From Eledone cirrhosa (Eukaryota), in NCBI GenBank assembly GCA_964016885.1, contig OZ024747.1, positions 9,734,001 to 9,798,000 on the forward strand: a DNA stretch of 64,000 nt. The letters run 5' to 3'. This document shows positions 25,941-38,532 of the stretch, in pieces (positions within the stretch are counted from its first letter, which is position 1; every line of letters starts with the position of its first letter). Made by a program: the position numbers and the translations under genes. Under the pieces are notes generated by a model. The model saw only the letters and a program-made list of their open reading frames with translations. It had not been told where the DNA came from and did not search any database.

Positions 25941-26046
25941 GCCCTTCTACCAGAGCAATCTGTGACATTGTGAAAGAGCTTAGGAACAGACCAAATTTGT
26001 CATCAAACAAACACAGATTTGATGCCTTTATTTTTGCACTGTTGAA
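25941..26046 (+). CDS. RUSC2: RUSC-like exon (RUN domain)
   Basis: GPSTRAICDIVKELRNRPNLSSNKHRFDAFIFALLN contains the RUN-domain RFxAFIxxLLN motif. Phase 1-2. Confidence 0.9.
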
Positions 26047-26072
26047 GTGAGTTTTATCATCACTATCATCAT

Positions 26073-26295
26073 AAGTGTGGTGGATTGGCAGTAATCAGTA
26101 GAGCGTCGGACACCATGGTTTGCAGCATAGAGTTACGGCCCTTTATGTTCTGAGTTCAAATCCCACCGATGTTAGCTTTGCCTTTCATCCTTACGGGGTC
26201 GATAAAATAAGGTACCAGTCATCACTGGGGTCAATTTAATCAACTTTCCCCTCCCCCAAAATTGCTGGCCTTGTGCCTAAATCAGAAACCATTAT
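26073..26295 (+). mobile_element. SINE family 1, long-tail variant
   Basis: Same head and body plus an extra ctggggtcaatttaatcaactttcccctcccccaaa segment. Confidence 0.8.
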
Positions 26296-26387
26296 TGTTT
26301 TAATCATTGTTATCATCACCATCATCATTATAAGTTATATCTTAATTATTATCTTTAAACTTATCTTGTGTTATAACTCTGTTTTAG

Positions 26388-26718
26388 CTCCCGTCTTTTG
26401 GATTTCTGGCTGGGTTACCTGCGCCACCGAGACAATGTCATCTGTCATTTCTACAACACCAGCGCCTTGTTACAACAGCAACTCTACATCAGTGATCTGG
26501 GTAATGCCTATGAGGAAATGCTTCTCTCTCTGCAGCCCTTGTCAGTTTTACCATTCCAGCTTGATCTTGATTTTGTCTGTGGTGGCAGTAGCCAGAATCA
26601 AGCCAATGGCGATATGATCCAGTCACGGGAAGGTGGTGCCACATCATCAGAAACTTCTGCAGGAAGTCTGTCTGAAGAGACAATGAAACTAAGCTCCCCT
26701 TCAGTGAGATATGAAGAG
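26388..26718 (+). CDS. RUSC2: RUSC-like exon (RUN C-terminus)
   Basis: SRLLDFWLGYL...FY...MLLSLQPLSVLPFQLDLDF matches the RUSC LQPLSVLxFxLDL motif. Phase 2-0. Confidence 0.9.
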
Positions 26719-27479
26719 GTTTGTATCATATTCTATATTATTTACTCATATACAGATATTGAGGGAGAATTGAATGCTGTTCAAACATATAATTTTTTGT
26801 TCGGTTTGAAATTCTTAGGATAAATTTTCCTTATAGCAAAGCCCTATTTTTTCCCCTTATATTTTTTTCACTGGGTTTAAAGTTTTTATCTGAATTTTCT
26901 AACCCTCCCCTCACCCTATTGAAAGATTGAAGAATCAAAAACAGATACTGATCTTTAAAATAGATGCTGTATACATCTGATTAAATTTACTTGAGTTAAC
27001 CTCTTGCACCAAGATAACTAATTAAACAAAACACTTTCAGTGTCTACAACAGGTAAGGGCAACCTTTTTCAAGCAGTGGGCCGCAAAATTGCCGATCTGA
27101 CATAAGCATAAGACTTCAAGATTTATAATTAAGCCTGAAAATGCATTTAAAGTATAAAGGATTATGTGCTCAAGCTACTTCTTTTGTGGGGATCTTCACC
27201 CTATTTTGTAGGCTTTTTTTATAGCATCTATGGGCTTGTATCCTTTATATATATATATATATATATATACAATAAAAAGAAATACACATATACATGCATA
27301 TACACACATATATCCCTGAATTTGTGTGGTGCCAACCTTAACCGTTGTTGCTCTATGATTAATAGGGACAAAATAATCTGAATGAATTAGATTGACTCAA
27401 TATCAGAGCTATATAATACATTATAAAGAAAGAAGAAACATTAGACATAAATAAAAATATAGATACTCAATATTCTTCG

Positions 27480-27577
27480 ACATCCTCGACTGCGCAGTTT
27501 CGTGGCTACCATGCAAAAACATTACATCGTAGAGATGCTGTATTTTTGTGAGGTTTGCCAACTTATCAAGAGAATAC
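27480..27577 (-). ncRNA. Type I hammerhead ribozyme, U3-A8 core variant, in fold-back element 27411-27805
   Basis: TATTCTC-TTGATAA-GtTGGC...GCCAC-GAA-ACTGCGCAGT-C/GAGGATG. Perfect 10-nt palindromic helix III, GUC triplet. Confidence 0.75.
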
Positions 27578-27868
27578 TTCATTTAAAGTTTCAAAACACG
27601 TCCACAAGGCGTGAGAGAGAATCCTGGAAAGGCGGAGAAGGAACGTATCACGTGATTCAGCGGTCAAGAAACAGAGTTAAGCCTCTTGCAACCAAGAGAA
27701 AAATGCCACAAATGGCGGAGGGGGTATTAATATCTAGGCCACAGACGTCGAAGAATATTTTTATTTATGTCTAATGTTTCTTCTTTCTTTATAATGTATT
27801 ATATATATATATATATATATATGCATTTAAAAGAATTTATTTTAAATGAAGTAGTTCTGCAACCCTTT

Positions 27869-27904
<36 letters not shown>

Positions 27905-27977
27905 TTAATTATCAAAGACTGAAATAACTTATTAATTCTTTCTTTTCTTTTTTTGTTTCTTTCTTCCTAAAATCCAG

Positions 27978-29326
27978 ACATCTGAAGAGAATGCTTTGGG
28001 TCAGTCAGCTGCAAAGGCATGGAAATGGTTGAGTAGCTCAACAGCTAATGCCTTACCAAAAGCCAAGTCTGTTGTAGCAAATGTTGCACAGAAAGTGTCA
28101 CCTTCTATTTCACGGTTGGGCACTTCGCTCTCCAAGGCTACACTCGGAGATTCATCAGAATATAAAGTCACAGAAGATATCCTCAATATGGATCAACTAG
28201 CAGACTCTTTACCTCTGTCCAACAGTAATGAAGACAGTGAGTCTGTGTCGAGTACAAGTAACTCTACACTGCTGGGATCTAATGTTGAATCGCCATTAGA
28301 GGTTAAATCAATTACAGAAATGGAAACAATTGATGAGGTTAAAACACAACCAAAGGACTCTAAAACTACAGATAATGAGAAACAAAGTCAAAGCCTTTTA
28401 GATGAGCTTTTCCCTGATGCTAATAAAATCAGTGATGTTGAGCAATCATCTTCACTATCAGTCTCCAATATAGCACACAAGTTTCTCGGAATTGGCACTA
28501 GTAAACGTAAGCAACCATACAGAAAAGAGTTGACTGAGTACAGCTTTGACAGTGAAGCTGATTCTTCTAATTCAATAAAAGAGTCCAACTCTGGCGCAAG
28601 TCTGAAGAATGAAGACATTTCTAGAAAAGGAACATCGCCAAACAAAGCAAGTGAAAGTTTAGTACATGAAGTGTTAGATAAATACTGTGAGGCAAATCCA
28701 ATTAAATCTGAGACAGGTGGACCTAAATCTGATAATAAAAATAATTCCAATAATACCTCTGCTCCAAAATCCTCTGTACCAAAGCTAGAAAGTCAATCAT
28801 CTGCTAATTCATTTGATATCATTAAACTCTTTGACAAGCTTCTGCTTCCGAACAAACCAAATAAAACACCTGAAAGCAAAGTTAATGTTGATGGAGGAAC
28901 TACCTATAGAAACACACCTACTATAAGTGCTTTCAACCTATTTCCATGGGGACAGCCAAATCCCACATCTGAAGATTCAAAATCACCAAATTCTAAGCAA
29001 GAAAGGACTCACACAAACACCAGTAGTGATTCTTCTAGTCAGAATCAAAATACAGCTGTGACCTCAACAATCAAAGCTGCCAATAGCAAAGAGAATAACA
29101 CGAAAGTAACTGCACCTGTAATTACTGAAGAAAAAGGGGATAACAGTGATGACCCCTTTACAACTGGTTCCTCTACATTGTATGAATGGTGTGATATGGC
29201 TAAACCCCAGAACCTCAGTCAAGATCCCTCAGAAGATCACCTTGACCTGCCTTTAGACTCTACCGCTTTGCTACCTTCTAACTCACCAGCTTCTCCCCAA
29301 GATCACTTTAGAATGCCAGATTACAG
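27978..29326 (+). CDS. RUSC2: RUSC-like large exon (Ser/Thr-rich linker, about 450 aa)
   Basis: Polypyrimidine tract plus AG acceptor, 1349-nt open frame, AG|GTAAG donor. Phase 0-2 fits both neighbouring exons. Confidence 0.9.
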
Positions 29327-30422
29327 GTAAGCTTCATAGCTATTCATCTTTCTTTGTTTATCTTTTTTTCTTCTTTGGAGTCAAAATGGAGATAATATTA
29401 ATAATTATTTTTTTTAAAGACATTGACAAGATCCCAGATATCATCCACTTACAATGTTTCTATTGGTCTCTCTATTGCTGATAATATCTACTGGTCACAG
29501 CTCTTTGCAGTGGGAGCAACATGAAATAAAGTGTCTTGCTCAAGGACATAACATATCCGGGAATCAAACTCACAGCTAAGCCAAAAACATCATAAAACCT
29601 GAAAGTGATCAAAGCTATGGAACAATGTATCCAAAAGGTTGAAAGACTGCATTTCATCAGTGGTGTGGTGACATGTGTCTGACCAAGATACTTGATTTAT
29701 TCATAGATCAATTCATCTAATAGTAGATCAATACATCTCTTAGTTAATCAATTCATCTATTTGTAGATCAATTCATCTAGATGTAAATACACGATAGATA
29801 TCAGTGTTCCCCTGTAGATATGTAAAATTAAGTGGTGTAGTCCACTTGGCTGTAAACAGACACCATGTGTTGGTATATTCCAGCTAAGAGTTAATAGGGA
29901 GCCAGTTAAGATACAGTCTAACTGTAAATAAGTACTATGGAGGAAATCCCGCCGAGGTTGGCTTTGCCTTTCAACCTTACGGGGTCGATAAAATAAAGCA
30001 CCAGTAATACACTGGGGTAATTGCTGGCCTTGTGCCAAAAGTAGAAACAATTATTATTACTATCATTGCCATTATAATCATCATTACCATTATGATCATC
30101 AATATCATCATTACCATTATGACCATCACCACCATCATCAATTTTACTAATTCCATTTAAAATTCTGTTAAGTCTTTTCTCCTTAATCTTTGTTTCTAGG
30201 CACTAGTGATGTCCTGGCTCATTGTCACCCTTCATTTCACAGGTAAAATTTCATACAACACATTCCGACCTCTGACCTCTCCACCTTCAAACTTGCTCTT
30301 TGTTTGTCTGGCAAGTCCTGGTGTAGAGAGACTCATTATAACCCCCTCTTCCTCGCCATCACCTGCTTCATACTTTCCTCATTCTTTCTTCTATTCCTTC
30401 TGTCTTAACCTGCTGTAGATGC

Positions 30423-30462
<40 letters not shown>

Positions 30463-30683
30463 GCATATATATGTATGAATGTATATATATATATGCATAT
30501 ATATGTATGAATATATATATATATATGCATATATATATATATATATATATGCATATATATGTATGAATGCATATATATATATTTGTAAAAAAGGAAAAGA
30601 ATGACTTCACTTGTAGTTCTAAACAAGTCATTCTTTTCCTTTTTTTCAAATATATCCAACTGTACCAAGGATCTCACACATTT

Positions 30684-30715
<32 letters not shown>

Positions 30716-30718
<3 letters not shown>

Positions 30719-30910
30719 AACAAGTAAGACCCCGACGGCTGAGCTCAAGCCGTTTCGACGGCTAATTTTGGAGTCCAGAATTAGCCGTCGAAACGGCTTG
30801 AGCTCAGCCGTCGGGGTCTTACTTGTTCCTATTACCCACTCTACTACCCTAAGTATTGAGTACTTTGGTGCGTTATGGTCCACCTGGTTCCTTACCACAT
30901 TTCCTTTGTT
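30716..30910 (+). mobile_element. Family A fold-back miniature element
   Basis: Near-perfect palindrome 30716-30830 with arms of about 54 bp, carrying GAA-ACGGCT-tgagctc-AGCCGT-C-GGGGTC. The tail is fused to (TA)n. Confidence 0.85.
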
Positions 30911-31461
30911 ATATATATATATATATGTAGTATATATTTGTGTGTCTATGTATGTTACAAACTTTCTGTCAATGTTCCCTCCCTGCATTTCTATAATAAA
31001 AGACCCTTTTTTTTTAAAGCCTGTTTGTTTTTATGTCTCAGTCTAACCATCTACTCATACTTCTCCTCATATCTTCTTCCTCCTCCTCCTCCTCCTACTC
31101 CTCCTTTATTTTCTCATCTTTGTTTTTCTCTTTATTAATACTTTGCTTTCATTGTTGTTGTTTTATCAAGTTTAAGTGGCAATAATTCTTAAGCCCAAGA
31201 AATCTGTTCTTTGTGAGGTTTTTCTTTGTTTTTTTAACCATTTTTGTTGTTGTTGTTATTTTTTCTTTTGCAGGGAGTGAGGGTGGGGTAGGGTGTTACC
31301 TTGGGGTATCAAATATCTTATGACTAGTTAGGTTAACCCTTTCATTAACATATTTCTAATGAGTGACTCTATCTATGATTTTCAAGTAATTTTGAAAATA
31401 AACAAGAATTTTAGGAGATGTAATAATGAAACTATTTTTAGAGCTGAACTTAACAAAAGTT

Positions 31462-31840
31462 CTTCTTCATCACCCACATATTCCTGAGACAGTCGTGGAG
31501 GCAGAGTCCTCAAACACTCCTTCAAGCAGGTCAAAAGCAACCGTCTCCAACTGATCTAGCTGGATCCCCAAGCAAGACCAGCCAAGCTCATGGATGTTAT
31601 CCAACCATCTTGCTCAGGGTCTATCCCGGGGTCTCCTGCCAGTTGGTTTTGCCTGTAAAATCTTTCCGGCGATTCTTTCCTGAGACATTCCAATCACATG
31701 TCCATAATATCGGAGCTGTGATCTCTCAATTCGGAGAAGTAGCAACTCTACCTGGAGTGACTCTGATCTCTGAGCTATGCACTTTATCGAGTAATGTTAC
31801 TCCAAAGACCCTTCAGAGAAATCCTATTTCAGCCTCTCTT
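31462..31840 (-). mobile_element. RTE-like LINE family 2, 3' fragment
   Basis: Homologous to 54615-55037, 20530-20670 and 17186-17275. (GAA)n-type tail. Confidence 0.7.
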
Positions 31841-33132
31841 AACTAAAGTTCTTACATAAAATTATGATTAAAGTTTCTTAGATGAATATAAATATTTGAA
31901 AACAAACACTTTTGTATCATAGAACCTGGGGTGGTTTCTGGTGGTTTAGTGTCAAAAGGGTCAAGGTGAACTACAGAAGGATGAGTTCAAACATTGACTG
32001 CTACAGATATTATGTTTTGCTCCTCCTAAAGCAAAGCAAGAGGAGCAGCCAGCCATAGAAACCAAACCCCAAACAGAGCATATCAGTAATACTTGGTCAC
32101 TTGAGCAGTCTAGCCTCAGTACATGCTGACCCATCTAACCCATGCAAGCATGAATAATAGATGTTAAACAATAGTGATGATGATGGTTGTGTATCAGACA
32201 GATTCTAGTTAGCTGTAAAGAGGTACATGTGTAAACAGCATGTGTAACTGAAGAGTGTATCATTGGCTTATTGTACTGAGTTCAAACCCCTTACACCAAC
32301 CTCTTAGAGTACAACTGAGACAGACAATAGGGTTAATTGTCCATTGATGGATACATGGGATCAATATGTTCCACCAACTGACTTAATCTATCACATTCCT
32401 GTGAGATAAAAATTTATTGATTTTCTTTTAGCTTATGTGTTCAACCTCAGACATACAACTGTTGGTTCTTGCCCCTCACCCTATCGAGCTTTGCCAAATA
32501 ATCATTTTAATATATTGACTGTTACCATGGTATTAATTATATTATATATTATTTATATTATATTGTGTTGTTGTGTTTGTATTGTCATTATGTCATTTAT
32601 ATTCATTATTATTATTTACATGAGTTCAAATCTCACCAAGGTTAGCTTTGCCTTTCATCCTAACACAGGTTGATAAAATAAAGTACCAGTAATGCTCTGG
32701 GGTTGATTTAATCGACTTTAACCTCCATTCAAAATCTTTGGCTTTGTGCCTAAAACACAAACCAATATTATATTAATTATATCTTATATTCTTTATATTA
32801 TATCATATATTATTTATATTATATTATGGTATATCATATATTATATTATATTGTTATTATATTATGTTATATCATATATTATATTGTTATTATATTATGT
32901 TATATCATATATTATATTGTTATTATATTATGTTATATCATATATTATATTGTTATTATATTATGTTATATCATATATTATATTGTTATTATATTATGTT
33001 TGTATTGTCAGTATGTCATATATATTCATTATTATTATTTATATGATTATATCATTTACATTGCATTATTATCACATTTTAAGGGTGGTGGAATGGCAGT
33101 ATTGTTGCCATCTTCCCTGGGTCAATTTTGAT

Positions 33133-34021
33133 GGAGAAGGAAGGAGTGGATGGAGAGGGAAGGAGTGGATGGAGAGGGAAGGGTAGATGGAGAGGGAAGG
33201 AGTGGATGGATAGGGAAGGAGTGGATAGAGAGGGAAGGAGTGGATGGATAGGGAAGGAGTCGATGGATAGGGAAGGAGTGGATGGAGAGGGAAGGAGTGG
33301 ATGGAGAGGGAAGGGTAGATGGAGAGGGAAGGAGTGGATGGATAGGGAAGGGTAGATGGAGAGGGAAGGAGTGGATGGAGAGGGAAGGGTAGATGGAGAG
33401 GGAAGGAGTGGATGGATAGGGAAGGGTAGATGGAGAGGGAAGGAGTGGATAGAGAGGGAAGGGGAGAGGGAAGGAGTGGATGGATAGGGAAGGGTAGATG
33501 GAGAGGGAAGGAGTGGATGGAGAGGGAAGGAGTGGATGGAGAGGGAAGGAGTGGATAGAGAGGGAAGGGGAGAGGGAAGGAGTGGATGGATAGGGAAGGA
33601 GTGGATGGAGAGGGAAGGAGTGGATAGAGAGGGAAGGGGAGAGGGAAGGAGTGGATGGATAGGGAAGGAGTGGATGGAGAGGGAAGGAGTGGATGGAGAG
33701 GGAAGGAGTGGATGGAGAGGGAAGGAGTGGATGGAGAGGGAAGGAGTGGATGGAGAGGGAAGGAGTGGATGGAGAGGGAAGGGTAGATGGAGAGGGAAGG
33801 AGTGGATGGAGAGGGAAGGAGTGGATGGATAGGGAAGGGTAGATGGAGAGGGAAGGAGTGGATGGAGAGGGAAGGAGTGGATGGAGAGGGAAGGAGTGGA
33901 TGGAGAGGGAAGGAGTGGATGGAGAGGGAAGGAGTGGATAGAGAGGGAAGGAGTGGATGGATAGGGAAGGGTAGATGGAGAGGGAAGGAGTGGATGGAGA
34001 GGGAAGGAGTGGATGGATGGA
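33133..34021. repeat. Purine-rich 20-bp minisatellite (GAGAGGGAAGGAGTGGATG-type)
   Basis: About 45 units with variants. Confidence 0.95.
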
Positions 34022-34129
34022 TGTTTGACCCATTAAAATAACAGATTAATGCTTGAAATAACACAAGGTTTTTAAAGTAATATATTCCTTCCATATACTG
34101 TACTGATTGTGTTGTTATTTCTGTTTGCC

Positions 34130-34198
<69 letters not shown>

Positions 34199-34200
<2 letters not shown>

Positions 34201-34299
34201 AGGTGTCCCCAAAAAATGGATATACACTTCAACAGCATTCTAATAAATAATGCCTGTACAAGTAATTGAAGTGTGTATACATTTTTTCGGAACACCCTG
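34199..34299. mobile_element. Tc1/mariner-type MITE
   Basis: About 33-bp TIRs CAAGGTGTCCCCAAAAAATGGATATACACTTCAA / TTGAAGTGTGTATACATTTTTTCGGAACACCCTG, flanked by TA. Confidence 0.75.
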
Positions 34300-34650
34300 T
34301 ATATATAATCTTTGATGATTTAGTGTTAAAGAATAAAAACTAATGATAAAATGAAAATATATTTTTAAAACTGAGGCCCCCGAGGGGGTGTCACCCTAAG
34401 CTATAGCTTATTTAGCATAAAGGTAAGTCAGTACTGGTTTTAATAAAAGGTTATACATTTCAAAATTAGCAGTGTTGTTTCATAAATCGAGGGTGGTTTT
34501 GGATGGTTTGGTATCAAAAGGGTTTATGCTGTTTTAATGTTAAAAATATCATTTCTATTATTGAACTAGAGTTTTTTTCTTCTTCATTTAAAAAGGAAAA
34601 TATTTTTTTAAAGAGATGTTTTTACAATGTTTATGTTTGTGTTGTTTCAG

Positions 34651-34876
34651 ATATGCACGTACATTGTACGCTAGCAGCAGCCACGATTGTACTGCAGGGA
34701 GAGACGGAGTTTTAGACTTTGAAGCTGGAGATGAACTCGAAGTATTGGCTCAACTGGATAAATCGTGGCTCTACTGTGCCAATGGCCAACAAGAGGGCAT
34801 TGTACACATCGAGTGGATTCAGCCACTTGATGACCAGTTGATTTTTGAAACTCTTCATGACAACTTCTACCGCTGA
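34651..34876 (+). CDS. RUSC2: RUSC-like last coding exon (SH3 domain)
   Basis: YARTLY...LDFEAGDELEVLAQLDKSWLYCANGQQEGIVHIEWIQP is an SH3 pattern. Phase 2 acceptor; TGA at 34874-34876. Confidence 0.9.
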
Positions 34877-34978
34877 GAGTTGAAAAGAAAGAAAAGTAAC
34901 ATTTTTAAAAAATTCAGAAAAAAAAAAGAGAAAATAAGACTACAAGCAATCAAAAACAACATTATATAAATGATGGTG

Positions 34979-35021
<43 letters not shown>

Positions 35022-35669
35022 TAATAATAATAATGATCATAATAATGATAAATTTCTTTCAATTGGCTAGAAAACTTTTACTGAATAACTATAATGATCA
35101 TTCTCTGTGCAATCCTTCTTTATTTCAGTTATCTGTATGTGCATGTGTGTATATATATTTATGTGTGAGTATGTATGTATATGTGTGTGTATATATATAT
35201 GTACACGCATATACATACACATACTCACCTGTATTTAACTATGTATTTTATTGAAAAGTTGCCTCTGCTGCTGCTGCTGCTGCTGCTACTACTACTACTA
35301 CTACTCATGTATGCTCATATGCTCCTAGTGGTGTATGCTGCTCTCTTGTCCTCTTCATCTGGAAGGTTTTATCTAGTCATCTGTCCATCTGTTGTTCATC
35401 TATGTATCTATTTTTGTCTGACTCTCTCTATCTATCTATCCATCCATTTGCCCCCCCCCCCCCCTCTATCTCCCTCTCTATCTTCCTCCATCTTTCTGTC
35501 TCTCTCCTTCATGTCAAAATGGCCAACATTTCATGGTTTGTCAGCACTCAGCTGTTTTCCCTATTTCTTGCCACTCACTTCCCTTGAGCTCAACACTAGT
35601 AATACTAACATTACTAATACTATTAATACTACTTACAGTACTTCTATTACTGCTGCTACTACCACTACC

Positions 35670-35709
<40 letters not shown>

Positions 35710-36454
35710 GTCTTTACTAATATGACAGCTGTGTGTTTGAACTGCTGCCCATTTCATGGTGTACTAGTCAAGATTATCTCTGTATTCCAGGTTCAATTCT
35801 CATCAGTTCTATCTCATCAATATCTGTTCAATACTTCACCAATCAACTCTAAATCATCTGTATAAGGAAACAGTGTTAGATCTGATGCCATTAACACACA
35901 TTACAGATATGAATTGATAACGACACAGTTGTCTTCTTGTCTTGTTAGTTATAGTTAGTTAACTTAATATATTAGATTCACACATAACCCAGCTTGTCTT
36001 TTGATCCACACCTGATGAAGTCTCAGTAACTATACTGGTTTTAGACATAGCTGTCCACTACAAAAAATGCTATGATAGCCTTCTTCAAATATAAGGAATT
36101 ATCATTATTGTTGTTGGATTAGCAGAACCATTTCTGTGGTATTTGATTACAGACCTTTACTTTCTACTACTACCACAACCACCATCACTACTACTACTGC
36201 AGCAACTACTACTATTGCAACTGTCTTTTTCAGACTTCTGATACTCACATCTTCTTGGTCTATATGCTAATGATCTACTGGTCTTTATGCTAATGATCTG
36301 TTGATATCAGTTTTGAAGATGTGACCATTGAAATTATGATGAAGTCTTGAAAATCTGTAAATTTCTAGTTTCACAATTTCATTTCTTGACCATGATGTTT
36401 AGGTTATTGTTTGTTTGTGTTCAGCTGCTACAGAGTATGATTCTATAATGCTAC

Positions 36455-36716
36455 TGGCTCAACTGTACATATCTATCTAGTTTAATGGCTCAACTGTACA
36501 TATCTGTCTAGTTTAATGGCTCAACTGTACATATCTGTCTAGTTTAATGGCTCAGTTGTGCATATCTGTCTAGTTTAATGGCTCAATTGTGCATACGTGT
36601 AGTTTAATTGCTCAACTGTGCATATCTGTCTAGTTTACTGGCTCAACTGTGCATACGTGTAGTTTAATTGCTCAACTGTGCATATCTGTCTAGTTTACTG
36701 GCTCAGTTGTGCATAT
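36455..36716. repeat. About 31-bp minisatellite
   Basis: ggctcaactgt(a/g)catatctgtctagtttaat units. Confidence 0.9.
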
Positions 36717-37287
36717 GTATCATCCTTACAGGGTCGATAGAATAAAGTACCAGTAATCCACTGGAGTCAATTTAATTGACTTTCTCCTCCCTTAAAACGT
36801 TGGCCTTGTGCCTAAATCAGAAACCAATATTAATATCAATAATAATAATAATTTCATTAATTTCCATAGTAGCAGCAGTAATAACAGCAGGTGTGCCATA
36901 CTGGAGCATTGAGGTCATGGCATGAGCATCACAACATCTTATTTCTTCTTCTTCCCTTTAGAAATCATTAAAACACTACTGTGGTAGCTATGCAATAATA
37001 TTTTAAGATGACTTTCTTTTTCTTCATCTATTTACTTGTTATTTTGCCAGCGAGAACCTATAGTCTCCCCACTCCCCACCTGACTTAGACAATTCAACCA
37101 ACAATCTCAACATTTTAACTTTTCTCAACTCAAAATTCTCAATCTTCTTTTTTTTTTCTTAGAGTTTTTATTATTATTATTTTATTTTGTAAGTTCAGAG
37201 GTCAGTTGTTGTTGTTGTTGTTGTTGTCTTTAAAATGGTTTCTTCAAATATTGTTAATAGTTTAAAAGTTACTGATACAAACAGTAA

Positions 37288-38532
37288 CACATACAGACAG
37301 ACAGGAAGACATACAGACAGACAGGGAGATGTACAGACAGACAGGAAGACATACAGACAGACAGGAAGACGTACAGACAGACAGGAAGACATACAGACAG
37401 ACAGGAAGACGTACAGACAGACAGGGAGATGTACAGACAGACAGGAAGACATACAGACAGACAGGAAGACGTACAGACAGACAGGAAGACATACAGACAG
37501 ACAGGAAGACATACAGACAGACAGGAAGACGTACAGACAGACAGGAAGACATACAGACAGACAGGAAGACGTACAGACAGACAGGAAGACATACAGACAG
37601 ACAGGAAGACGTACAGACAGACAGGAAGACATACAGACAGACAGGAAGACGTACAGACAGACAGGAAGACATAGACAAACAGGGAGATGTACAGACAGAC
37701 AGGAAGACGTACAGACAGACAGGAAGACATAGACAAACAGGGAGATGTACAGACAGACAGGAAGACGTACAGACAGACAGGAAGACAGACAGACAGACAG
37801 GAAGACGTACAGACAGACAGGAAGACGTACAGACAGACAGGAAGACGTACAGACAGACAGGAAGACGTTCAGACAGACAGGAAGACAGACAGACAGACAG
37901 GAAGACGTACAGACAGACAGGAAGACGTACAGACAGACAGGAAGACATACAGACAGACAGGAAGACGTACAGACAGACAGGAAGACATACAGACAGACAG
38001 GAAGACGTTCAGACAGACAGGAAGACATACAGACAGACAGGAAGACGTTCAGACAGACAGGAAGACAGACAGACAGACAGGAAGACGTACAGACAGACAG
38101 GAAGACATACAGACAGACAGGAAGACATACAGACAGACAGGAAGACGTACAGACAGACAGGAAGACGTACAGACAGACAGGAAGACATACAGACAGACAG
38201 GAAGACGTACAGACAGACAGGAAGACGTACAGACAGACAGGAAGACGTACAGACAGACAGGAAGACGTACAGACGTACAGGAAGACGTACAGACAGACAG
38301 GAAGACATACAGACAGACAGGAAGACGTACAGACGTACAGGAAGACGTACAGACAGACAGGAAGACATACAGACAGACAGGAAGACATACAGACAGACAG
38401 GAAGACATACAGACAGACAGGAAGACATACAGACAGACAGGAAGACGTACAGACAGACAGGAAGACATACAGACAGACAGGAAGACATACAGACAGACAG
38501 GAAGACGTACAGACAGACAGGAAGACGTACAG
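37288..38532. repeat. 20-bp minisatellite ACAGACAGACAGGAAGAC(A/G)T, about 60 units
   Basis: Directly visible; explains all the overlapping ORFs here. Confidence 0.95.

Noticed and set aside
36005-36060. CTGATGA followed by a CAGTA/TACTG hairpin
   Set aside because: No GAAA and no stem I.
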